A stretch of DNA of 64,000 nucleotides from Candidatus Latescibacterota bacterium (GTDB taxonomy: Bacteria; Latescibacterota; UBA2968; UBA8231), in NCBI GenBank assembly GCA_965248265.1, contig CBDFJF010000001.1:256001-320000 (forward strand), given 5' to 3'. Positions 47,697 to 56,324 of this stretch are shown in pieces (within the stretch, counting starts at the first letter, position 1; every line of letters begins with the position of its first letter). The notes beneath the pieces were generated by a model. It worked only from the letters and a program-made list of their open reading frames with translations. It was not told where the DNA came from and made no database searches. The translations under genes and the position numbers were made by a program.

Positions 47697-48995
47697 ATGG
47701 ACCTGACACAGCAACCACCCCGCCGGCCATCCAACAGAGCCATCGCCGGCATCGTCTGCCTTGCACGGATGACGGACAAAGCCAGAGGCCACGACGCTGA
47801 ACTCATGGGCGAGTACAAGTATGGCGATGACTCGGGAATGGATAGCGAAACCCTGTCTTTTTTCGGCATGGTGGCGGGGGAATTCGAGGAAGCGGCCGTC
47901 GATAACGACGATGCGCAGTTGACCGACCTCGTGACGGAGAGAATGGCAGGACGCGAAGCCGAGATCACTGCGTTCAACGAGGAGTGGCTGGCGCGGAAGC
48001 CGCAGGACGAGCTCCACCGCCGGCTTCTGGCCGAACGCCTGGCCAGGTACGCTCCTGAGCGCACCGATATAACGACCGTCATACAGTCCATTGAGCTCGA
48101 TGACTGGGGTGCCTTCCGCGACCTGGACCTCACGGCCGGACCTCCCCGTACGCCGTACCTGCGTTCGGTGGCTGGTGTCGCCGGCGCGGCGCGCATGGGG
48201 GACAAGGCCCGGGCGAAGGTTGCAGGGCTGATCGGGGAGTACAAGTACGGTTCCGACTCCGGCATCGATCGCATCATTCTGGAATTTCTCGGAGTTGGAG
48301 AGGATGAGTTCGCTCAAGCCGCGTACGCGAACCCGAATGACGACGAGCTCAGCGACTGGGTGAAGGTGCACGGCGATCTGTCCGCACCGCGGATTGCCGC
48401 GCACAATGCCCGTCTGAGCGCCCGCGGCCTCAACACCCCCGACGTAGGCGAGCGCTTTCTGCAACGCCGCGCCCAGATCGCTCCTGAACGCACGGATATC
48501 ACCGCATTCTTCGACCTCATCGACCTGGATGACGAACTGAGTTTCGGCATCGACCTCAACCGGCGCCCCCCGCGGAGCCCGTACGACGACAGTCTTGCCG
48601 GTTTGCTCGGGCTCGCCCGCATGATCGACAAAGCGAGGGCAGCCAATGCAGGTAGACTCGGGCTTTACTGGTATGGCCAGGATTCAGGCATCGATCGACG
48701 TTTGCTGGAACTGCTGGGCCTGTCGCAGGAGGAGTTCGCCGAAGCTCTGGAAAAACGCGACACCGACGACGCCGTGATCGAGTGGCTGGGAAATCGATTG
48801 GATAAAACCCCGGCCGAAAAGGAGGCGTTCAATGACATGCTCATCAACCTCCGTCCAAGTACGGACGGTCAGGAGGCTTTCCTCAGATCAATCGTGCGCA
48901 AATACGATGCTGATCGCACCGACATAGAGAGCTTTCTGGCCGCGGGTGTATTGGATGACGAAATCACCTTCGCGCGCCTCAAAGCGAAGGTGTGA
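47697..48995 (+). CDS. Protein with three tandem DUF5069-like domains
   Basis: Three ~140-aa repeats DL...PPR.P....AG....ARM.DKAR......G.Y.YG.DSG.D. Confidence 0.8.
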   Translation: MDLTQQPPRRPSNRAIAGIVCLARMTDKARGHDAELMGEYKYGDDSGMDSETLSFFGMVAGEFEEAAVDNDDAQLTDLVTERMAGREAEITAFNEEWLARKPQDELHRRLLAERLARYAPERTDITTVIQSIELDDWGAFRDLDLTAGPPRTPYLRSVAGVAGAARMGDKARAKVAGLIGEYKYGSDSGIDRIILEFLGVGEDEFAQAAYANPNDDELSDWVKVHGDLSAPRIAAHNARLSARGLNTPDVGERFLQRRAQIAPERTDITAFFDLIDLDDELSFGIDLNRRPPRSPYDDSLAGLLGLARMIDKARAANAGRLGLYWYGQDSGIDRRLLELLGLSQEEFAEALEKRDTDDAVIEWLGNRLDKTPAEKEAFNDMLINLRPSTDGQEAFLRSIVRKYDADRTDIESFLAAGVLDDEITFARLKAKV

Positions 48996-49777
48996 CACCA
49001 TCGATGGAACAGTTTCCCCTCATCGGGATCACGACCGACATTCAGCAAGAGGATGGTGAGCGGCGTGTGCAACTAGTGGATAATGCCTATGTCCAGGCCG
49101 TCGAGCGTGTGGGGGGCACCCCTCTCATCATTCCCATCGTTGACCGCATTCAGTCGCTCGACGCCATCGCCGACCTGTTGGACGGAATCATCATCACGGG
49201 GGGACGTGGGATCGAGCAAGGGATCGTAGGTGAGCTTCCCAGTGAGCTTGCCCCCGTTGATGAGCTTCGCTACCAGTCCGACGCGACCCTGTTACGGGCT
49301 GTGCGCACTCGTTCCACGCCGGTACTGGGCATTTGCTACGGCATGCAGCTGATCAATGCGCAATTCGGCGGGACTCTCTACGGCGATGTCGAGCGACAGT
49401 TGCGCGGGAGTGGGTGCCACACTCCCAAGCGCAACGACGGGCAGGTGGTGTCGCATCCGATCGAGGTGGTTGCAGGGTCGAGGCTGCAGCGCTTGATTCG
49501 CGAGCGCGCTGCAATCCAATCCAAAGCACCAGAGCCCGGCGGCTCTTCAGAGACAACGCACGCGAACAGTTATCACTTCCAGGCCGTGGACCGAATTGGT
49601 GAAGGTCTGCGTGCCAACGCCAGCAGCAGTGACGGTGTCATCGAGGGGTTGGAGAGCGACGATGGCGTCATCATGGGGGTACAGTTTCACCCCGAGCGCA
49701 TGGGTGGAGACAGTATCTGGGACTGCCTGTTCGAGGACCTGAGGGAGCGGGCGGCGCGATCCAGAGCGCTACGTTGA
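48992..49777 (+). CDS. Gamma-glutamyl-gamma-aminobutyrate hydrolase family (peptidase C26)
   Basis: PLIGIT, PVLGICYGMQ, NSYHFQAV, GVQFHPE. Confidence 0.88.
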   Translation: MTPSMEQFPLIGITTDIQQEDGERRVQLVDNAYVQAVERVGGTPLIIPIVDRIQSLDAIADLLDGIIITGGRGIEQGIVGELPSELAPVDELRYQSDATLLRAVRTRSTPVLGICYGMQLINAQFGGTLYGDVERQLRGSGCHTPKRNDGQVVSHPIEVVAGSRLQRLIRERAAIQSKAPEPGGSSETTHANSYHFQAVDRIGEGLRANASSSDGVIEGLESDDGVIMGVQFHPERMGGDSIWDCLFEDLRERAARSRALR

Positions 49778-49805
49778 GGCCTCCTCGGCGAGGTCAGTGG
49801 ACACT

Positions 49806-50480
49806 CTATTGTTTGCTGGCCACCTGCACGATCCGGTTTTCCCCGAGAATGTAGGCGCTCAACGAGCCTCCGTGTACGCAGCCGGAGTCGAGGCCAAGAA
49901 GGTAGGGTCTAGTATCATCGCCGTTCGCTTTCTTGACCACGAGCCCTCCCGGAGCATCGTGGCCGAAGACGATGAGGGGGAGGTGGCAAGAGGCGGCGTC
50001 GATGACATCGTGCCAGCGCGGTCCGGCCAGGCCCTTCACCGGAGGCCAGGTGCGGATGGTGAGGAATTCCGCTCTCGACGTTCCCTGCACACCCGTTTCC
50101 GGGTTGATGCCGGCGTGAACGAGCAGGAAGTCGTCTTCTTCAATACACAGTGGTACTTCCTCGAGCCAGTGTTGAAGCGGTTCGGCGACAGGGGCCAACT
50201 GGTCAAGGGTGAATTCCTGGTCCACGTTGGAGAACGAGGCTTCTTCTCCGGCCAGACTCTGCATCAATTGCCGCAAGAGGCGATCATCATGATTCCCCAG
50301 GACCATTTCAGCGCCGGTCTCGCGGATGATCTCCCAAACGTGCAGGGGGAGCGGGCCACGGCTGAATGCGTCTCCGGTCAACAGGAGGCGGTCATCACTT
50401 TGTGCATACCCCACCTCGTCGAGCAGCTGTTCCAGTTCCTGCGCACAGCCATGGATATCACCGATGAAGATCGTCGACAT
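49806..50480 (-). CDS. Metallophosphoesterase (ApaH/PrpE-like)
   Basis: IGDIHGC, GD..SRGP, LGNHD, VHAGI, VFGHD, GLDSGCV.GG. Confidence 0.88.
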   Translation of the reverse strand: MSTIFIGDIHGCAQELEQLLDEVGYAQSDDRLLLTGDAFSRGPLPLHVWEIIRETGAEMVLGNHDDRLLRQLMQSLAGEEASFSNVDQEFTLDQLAPVAEPLQHWLEEVPLCIEEDDFLLVHAGINPETGVQGTSRAEFLTIRTWPPVKGLAGPRWHDVIDAASCHLPLIVFGHDAPGGLVVKKANGDDTRPYLLGLDSGCVHGGSLSAYILGENRIVQVASKQ

Positions 50481-50611
50481 GCGGTTTCTCGAAGGATGGA
50501 TTCGTCTGATTGCGACACTCAGGGTACTGGCCTATCATAACCCTGCTCAAGCACGGTCTCGATAATCGGTTACGACTAAGTTTTTCGTCAACTGCCGATG
50601 CCGCAATTTAT

Positions 50612-50637
50612 TTGATTTACACCCTTGATTTACACCC
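50612..50637 (+). repeat. Perfect 13-bp tandem duplication abutting the start codon
   Basis: TTGATTTACACCC x2, then ATG. Confidence 0.85.
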
Positions 50638-51993
50638 ATGAACAACACTGCTCCGACCGCTCCTGCGCCATCCGCATGCCACGTGATGGCGAAACCTTCG
50701 GGCTCGGTCTGCAACATAGACTGCGAGTATTGCTTCTATCTGGAGAAAGAGAAGCTGTACCCGGAGGTTGGGCAGGACTGGCGCATGAGCGACGAGGTGC
50801 TGGAACGCTACGTCCGCCAGCAAATCGAGGCTCAGGATGTTCCGGTCGTCGACTTCGCATGGCAGGGAGGAGAACCGACCTTGATGGGGGTCGACTTCTT
50901 CCGCCGCGCAGTCGAACTGCAGCGGCAGTACGGTGACGGCAAGGAGGTCACGAATGCTTTCCAGACCAACGGCATACTCCTCGACGACGATTGGGGGCGA
51001 TTCCTCAAAGAAAACGAATTCCTTGTCGGTCTATCCATAGATGGCCCGAGGGCATTCCACGACCGCTACCGAGTTGACAAGGGGCAGAAGCCGACCTTCG
51101 ACCGCGTGGTTGCCGGCCTCGAGGTGCTCAAGCAACACGGGGTCCAGTTCAACACGTTAACGGTGCTCCAGCGCCACAACGCCGATCACCCAGAAACCGT
51201 GTATCGTTTTCTCAAGGAGATCGGCAGTCAGTTCATGCAGTTCATCCCGATTGTCGAACGCTCCACGGAAACCCCTGCGGCTGATGGTTTGGAGTTGATC
51301 GCCCCAGACTTCGACGGCGAGGCGACTGTGACCAGGTGGTCGGTCGGATCGGTGCAGTACGGCAAGTTTCTGTGCCGCGTCTTCGACGAATGGGTACGAG
51401 CCGATGTGGGAGAGCGTTACGTGCAGATATTCGATGTTTCCCTCGGCTCATGGCTGGGTCAGAGCGCCAGCCTCTGCATCTTTGCTGAGACCTGCGGCAA
51501 TGCCCTCGCCATCGAGCACAACGGTGATCTGTATTCGTGCGACCATTTCGTCTACCCGGAGTTCAAACTCGGCAATGTCGCAGATCACACGATACGACAG
51601 ATGGTTGCCAGCGAGCAGCAGCGCACCTTCGGTCAGGATAAGAAGGATACGTTGCCCGGATATTGCCGGGAGTGTGACTTTCGCTTCGCCTGCAATGGGG
51701 GATGTCCCAAGCATCGGTTCATCAAGACACCCAGCGGGGAGGATGGCCTGAACTACCTGTGCAAGGGGTACAAGCTCTACTTCGCCCACGTCGCCCCGTA
51801 CATGGAGTTTATGGCCCAGGAACTCAGGCAGCGCAGGCCCGCGGCCAACGTGATGGAATGGGTGAAGGAACGAGATTTCGCCAAGGCCAACCAGGCAACC
51901 AGGCCGCCGGGTCGAAACGACCCGTGTCCCTGCGGCAGCGGCAGGAAATTCAAACGCTGCTGCGGCGACAAGCAGCCCGCATCAGCAAGCTGA
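50638..51993 (+). CDS. Anaerobic sulfatase maturase (radical SAM/SPASM) with C-terminal SEC-C motif
   Basis: CNIDCEYCFY, WQGGEPTL, YSCDHFVY, CNGGCPK, GRNDPCPCGSGRKFKRCC. Confidence 0.93.
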   Translation: MNNTAPTAPAPSACHVMAKPSGSVCNIDCEYCFYLEKEKLYPEVGQDWRMSDEVLERYVRQQIEAQDVPVVDFAWQGGEPTLMGVDFFRRAVELQRQYGDGKEVTNAFQTNGILLDDDWGRFLKENEFLVGLSIDGPRAFHDRYRVDKGQKPTFDRVVAGLEVLKQHGVQFNTLTVLQRHNADHPETVYRFLKEIGSQFMQFIPIVERSTETPAADGLELIAPDFDGEATVTRWSVGSVQYGKFLCRVFDEWVRADVGERYVQIFDVSLGSWLGQSASLCIFAETCGNALAIEHNGDLYSCDHFVYPEFKLGNVADHTIRQMVASEQQRTFGQDKKDTLPGYCRECDFRFACNGGCPKHRFIKTPSGEDGLNYLCKGYKLYFAHVAPYMEFMAQELRQRRPAANVMEWVKERDFAKANQATRPPGRNDPCPCGSGRKFKRCCGDKQPASAS

Positions 51994-52042
51994 TTTCACC
52001 AGTCGGAGCCAACCAAGACTTCACGCGAAAGACTGCATCCCC

Positions 52043-52948
52043 ATGATCGAAGCGCAACTCCAAACGGATGATTTCAAAGTCTGCGTAACCGTCGATGGCA
52101 AGCCATTCACGGAGTACCGCTACGGGCACTTTGTCTGCCGACCCTACTTCTATCCTGTGCTGACGCCGGACGGTCAGCGCCTGACTCGCGGGTACCCGGC
52201 CGAGAAGGTCGAGGGCGAAACGGATGACCACTATCATCACCGTGGTATCTATGTGGCCCACGGTGATGTCAACGGCCACGAACTGTGGATGGAGAAGGAG
52301 GGCCACGGATGCATGCTGCAGCGCGGGGAACCGGGGGTCGGTGAGACGGATGGGGCCGTTTCCATCTCCGGCATCGTCGACTGGTTCGGGTGCGAGGGGG
52401 AGAAGCTGCTCGAGGAGGCACGTGACATCCGCATATGGGCGGAGGGCGATATGCGCGTCATCGATCACCGCAGCGAGATGCGGGCGCTCTACGGGGACGT
52501 CAATTTCGGGGATACGAAGGAGGGTGGGTTGATAGCCATTCGCGTCCCCACGTCCATGGATGCCCAAGAAAAGGGGCGGATCGAGAACTCAGAAGGTCTC
52601 GTCTACGACAGCGGACAGGGTGAGGAAGTGACCTGGGGTGTGCAGGCTGCCTGGGTCGACTATTCCGGTCCTCTCGCCAATGGCGACGAGTGGGGATACA
52701 CCGTAGTCGATCACCGTTCCAATCCACGCCATCCCACCTACTGGCACGTGCGCGGATACGGATTGTTCACGGCCAATCCCTTCGGGGTCCATCACTTCAA
52801 GAACGACAAGAGCATTGATGCGAGTTTGGATCTGCCGGGCGGGGAGACGGCCGTCTTCCGCTACCGGATCATCATCCATCCGGGGAGGGGGCCAGGCGCC
52901 GCCAGAATCGGCGAGTTGATCGAAGCTTTTCAGTTGTCGCCGAGGTAG
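52043..52948 (+). CDS. DUF6807 / PmoA-like family protein
   Basis: RPYFYPV, DHYHHRG, DTKEGG..IRV, WVDYSG, DH.SNP, WHVRGYGLF.ANPF. Confidence 0.75.
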   Translation: MIEAQLQTDDFKVCVTVDGKPFTEYRYGHFVCRPYFYPVLTPDGQRLTRGYPAEKVEGETDDHYHHRGIYVAHGDVNGHELWMEKEGHGCMLQRGEPGVGETDGAVSISGIVDWFGCEGEKLLEEARDIRIWAEGDMRVIDHRSEMRALYGDVNFGDTKEGGLIAIRVPTSMDAQEKGRIENSEGLVYDSGQGEEVTWGVQAAWVDYSGPLANGDEWGYTVVDHRSNPRHPTYWHVRGYGLFTANPFGVHHFKNDKSIDASLDLPGGETAVFRYRIIIHPGRGPGAARIGELIEAFQLSPR

Positions 52949-55900
52949 CTGCGGTAGAGGGCTTCCGCGTCGCGCAATGTCGGATTGGTATTCTCGACGG
53001 CGCCAGCGGCAGGCAGTGCCTTCGCCGCAACCGGCTGCGCAGGCGAGGTCACCGACAAGGTAAAGGAGGACTTGATCACCTCGTCGGCATGGATGGTGAG
53101 GCCAAGGATATCGAAGTCGCCCTCACTGTCGCGGGGCAACACGTAGCGACCGTGCCAGATGCCCGGGCCCTGATAGGCCAAGGCCACATCCCGCCATCCT
53201 GAATCCAGCACCCTCAGCAGAGGCTCACGACTCATCCCGCGTTCGCTGATGGCGAATACGTCCACGAAGGCCGGTTGAATCGGATTTGGAATCACTGCCA
53301 ATCGCAAGGTTGCGGGGGAGTCGACGCCGTAGGAGCCATCCACTGGATAGGCCTCCACAACGATTCGGGCCGTCGCCTCCACGCCGCTCCGGTTTCGAGC
53401 CGTCAGAGTGATCATTTCGCTCCCAGGCGGGAATTCATCCGTGGAGATCCTGAGCACATTCGCATCCGTGTCATGTATGAGGTCGACGGGGATCAGGGCG
53501 TCGGCCTCCCACACCAGATTGGCCGGATTGCTACCACCCTCTACCAGGGTCTCTATGTCGATTTCCAGCTGCCGATCTCCTGCAAAAATGGCGATTTCGA
53601 CCAGATCACGCAGGACCAGCTCGGCTGGGGGAGGGAGCACGGTGATGCCGATGAAGGCCTCGAGCACGACGTCGCCAAAGGGGTCGGTTCCCCGAAGGAT
53701 GATGATCTCATTGCCGTCCCAGCCCTCCTCGGCGAGAACGGTCAGGGCGAGCGATTCGGGGTCTATGATGGTCTGAGTGTGGACGCTGCCCGAAATCTCC
53801 CAGCTCCAATCAGCGGCATCGAATCCACTGACGAAGTCACCGATGAAGATGCTCTGATCGAATTCACCGGCGGCGATGGTCAGCGCGGGAATAGGGGCCA
53901 ATTCAGGGATTTCCAACTCTATTGGATCCTGACCCGGATCGACATTCGGGCCCCGGACGCGGATGACCAGCAATTCGCGGGCTTCGTTGCCATCCGGATC
54001 GGTGACCAGGAGCTCAATATCAACTCTTCCCGGTGACACGGACTCAGCGATGGCGATCGTCAACACGTGCGTCGTGGCGTCCACGCGCAGCTCGATCCCT
54101 TCCTCCGTTGCAGGAAGAAGCCACTCCATCTGACCGGGATCGTGATCCAGGTCAAAGACGTAGCTGTCCAGGTCCAGGGAGGCGTCGATGCCGCCGACGG
54201 GCAGCTCGATTACGGGAAGAGGGGCAACCGAGGGTTCACCTGTGGCCGAGGCCGCGAACACGGTGAGATCGAAGGACGCGGTTTCGCCCGTCGGGTCGCT
54301 GACCGTGAAGCGCAATGTTTCGGTGTCGGTGAAATCGGGAGGAGCTTCGATACGGGCGTCGCCGCTACTACTGAAACGGACGTCGAGGGCGCCCTGCCCG
54401 CTGACATGCCATGAAAGATCCTCGGTTTGATCGTCCGGGTCGACGACCAGGCCGCCCAATTCGAGAATGGAGTGCGTCCCGGGGAACAACCCCAACCGTT
54501 CTGGTGCGGTCAGGATACTGGGAGCAAGTGACGCAAGCACGGTAACCGTCAGCGGGACCGTGTCTGTCAGGCCCTGGCTATCCTCGACCAGCAAGGTGAT
54601 CGTCTCCGTCCCCATCCAATCCATCGGTGTGCTCACGACCAGGCGTGATCCACGCCGTTCGAGGCTCACCTGGTCCTCGCCAGTCCACGTCAGACTCAGG
54701 GTGCCGATGTCGTCCTCCATGTCCTGGATGAGTGCACTCATGGTCAGACTGGAGTCTTGTCTGCCTCTGACAATCTGGAGGTTCGGGGCAACCTGGAACG
54801 CAGGCGCGTCGTTAAGGGCAGCGACTGACACCGGGATCGATGTTGAATCGGCAAAGCCGAATTCGTCGGTTACGACCAGATGAACCTCTCCTTCGCCGCT
54901 CCAGTTCGGGTTCGGCTGAATTCGGACGACGAACGGTGGGCCGCTGACGCTGGCCGTCAAGTTTTCTGTCGCCGTAACTGTCCAGGTGAGTTTGGCAGCT
55001 GGCGAGTCGGGGTCATCGACCCAATCATCGACTGTCAACTCGAAGATGGTATCCTCGTCGATGTCGATAGAATCCAGCATCTGGCCCAGTGTCGGTGCGG
55101 CGTTCACGAACACATCCACCGTGGTGAGTGCGGACTGGCCATCAGGATTAGTAGCCATCAGTGTGACACGCTCCCACAACGACTCATCGCCCGGGGCCGA
55201 GAGCAGCCGCCGCCCCGTCTCCACATCATGTGTGAGCGACAGGGCACTGCTGGACGTGAAAGACCAGACGATCTCCTCGCTGCTGTAGAGGGGATCGAAC
55301 ACAGCCCCGTCGAGCCGAAGGCTGGTGCTGTCGAGTTGGCCGCGCGCCAGAACGATGGTGGAGGGCAGTCCCTCCAGGGTGATTCCCTGAACAGTGACGC
55401 TCAAAGGCGTGATGAAGCGGAAAGGGCGGTGGTTGCCGTCGGGGGTGAAAAAACGCGTTTCGCGAATGCCGGTCTCGTCGATCCTGACGACGGATTCGGC
55501 CGTCGGCGCCTTGGCGCGAAGTCGCAAATAGGCTGTCGCCCCGGCCCCCATGTCGGTGGCGCGGACGACGCTGAAGTCCAACTGGGTCCCGGCCTGGCTC
55601 GCCGCAGGGTCATCTGCATCCAACAGGTCGTTGCGGAAGATCTCTCCGTTGCGCATGAAGATACCGGGTGCGAAGGGTTGGAAGCCGCTCGAAATGGCAT
55701 CGCGGTCTTCCTCGACCAGTTCGAAGACAGTCTCGTCGAAGGTCAGGAATATCGCCGCTCCAGAGAGAGACTGGTTCTCTGAATCGACGAAGAGCTCGAA
55801 CTCGATCTCCTGGCCGACCATGGTATTGATTTCAGTAAGGCCGGACTGGACGTCGCGCAGTTCCAACTTGGCCGCCAGTAGGGGATCCTGGGCGATGCAC

Positions 55901-55995
55901 AGGAAAAGCATCATCGCGGCCCCGGTTAAGGCCCCCGGTCTGAGAAACCCGCTTCGTTCCATCGCTTGAATCGTTCCTTCGCTGTGATAGACCAC
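52930..55995 (-). CDS. Secreted protein: N-terminal cohesin-like domain plus multiple cadherin/Ig-like repeats
   Basis: Signal peptide; VGQEIEFEL...LTFD...EL; repeats with (V/F)DDPD..L.W....V.D..G and NDAP; start may be ATG at 55962. Confidence 0.78.
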   Translation of the reverse strand: MVYHSEGTIQAMERSGFLRPGALTGAAMMLFLCIAQDPLLAAKLELRDVQSGLTEINTMVGQEIEFELFVDSENQSLSGAAIFLTFDETVFELVEEDRDAISSGFQPFAPGIFMRNGEIFRNDLLDADDPAASQAGTQLDFSVVRATDMGAGATAYLRLRAKAPTAESVVRIDETGIRETRFFTPDGNHRPFRFITPLSVTVQGITLEGLPSTIVLARGQLDSTSLRLDGAVFDPLYSSEEIVWSFTSSSALSLTHDVETGRRLLSAPGDESLWERVTLMATNPDGQSALTTVDVFVNAAPTLGQMLDSIDIDEDTIFELTVDDWVDDPDSPAAKLTWTVTATENLTASVSGPPFVVRIQPNPNWSGEGEVHLVVTDEFGFADSTSIPVSVAALNDAPAFQVAPNLQIVRGRQDSSLTMSALIQDMEDDIGTLSLTWTGEDQVSLERRGSRLVVSTPMDWMGTETITLLVEDSQGLTDTVPLTVTVLASLAPSILTAPERLGLFPGTHSILELGGLVVDPDDQTEDLSWHVSGQGALDVRFSSSGDARIEAPPDFTDTETLRFTVSDPTGETASFDLTVFAASATGEPSVAPLPVIELPVGGIDASLDLDSYVFDLDHDPGQMEWLLPATEEGIELRVDATTHVLTIAIAESVSPGRVDIELLVTDPDGNEARELLVIRVRGPNVDPGQDPIELEIPELAPIPALTIAAGEFDQSIFIGDFVSGFDAADWSWEISGSVHTQTIIDPESLALTVLAEEGWDGNEIIILRGTDPFGDVVLEAFIGITVLPPPAELVLRDLVEIAIFAGDRQLEIDIETLVEGGSNPANLVWEADALIPVDLIHDTDANVLRISTDEFPPGSEMITLTARNRSGVEATARIVVEAYPVDGSYGVDSPATLRLAVIPNPIQPAFVDVFAISERGMSREPLLRVLDSGWRDVALAYQGPGIWHGRYVLPRDSEGDFDILGLTIHADEVIKSSFTLSVTSPAQPVAAKALPAAGAVENTNPTLRDAEALYRSYLGDN

Positions 55996-56047
55996 CTCAG
56001 AGTCGTGACTACTCCCTGGGTGGATACATGTTTCCGTGGTGGAATCG

Positions 56048-56062
56048 GCAAGAATCGTGCCA
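56048..56062 (-). promoter_or_regulatory. sigma54 (-24/-12) promoter for the 52930..55995 gene
   Basis: Minus strand TGGCACGATTCTTGC, consensus GG-N10-GC. Confidence 0.8.
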
Positions 56063-56202
56063 CCTAACCCAGTGAGGATTCCATGCCTTACTGGTCCTTC
56101 AGATCAGCAGGAAATGCCACCTCGAGGAACAATTTTCCCGGCAACGGAGTGCCCTCACCCAAGGATTCGGGGGTGTCAGGAAGGATAGGGAGGGGCGGAT
56201 CA

Positions 56203-56217
56203 TGGCATTGATCTTGC
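56203..56217 (+). promoter_or_regulatory. sigma54 (-24/-12) promoter for the giant-protein operon
   Basis: TGGCATTGATCTTGC, consensus GG-N10-GC. Confidence 0.75.
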
Positions 56218-56324
56218 TCAAACTACCTACGAATACCGTCAGAGCTCCCACCGCACGATGCGGGGGGTCCTGAGCCATCCTCTCCTCAACTGTGGTGGTC
56301 CGGGACAAACCGAAGGAATGGAAA

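Noticed and set aside
52043-52948. Methane monooxygenase subunit
   Set aside because: The PmoA label of this family is nominal; the protein is soluble and no pmoB/pmoC are adjacent
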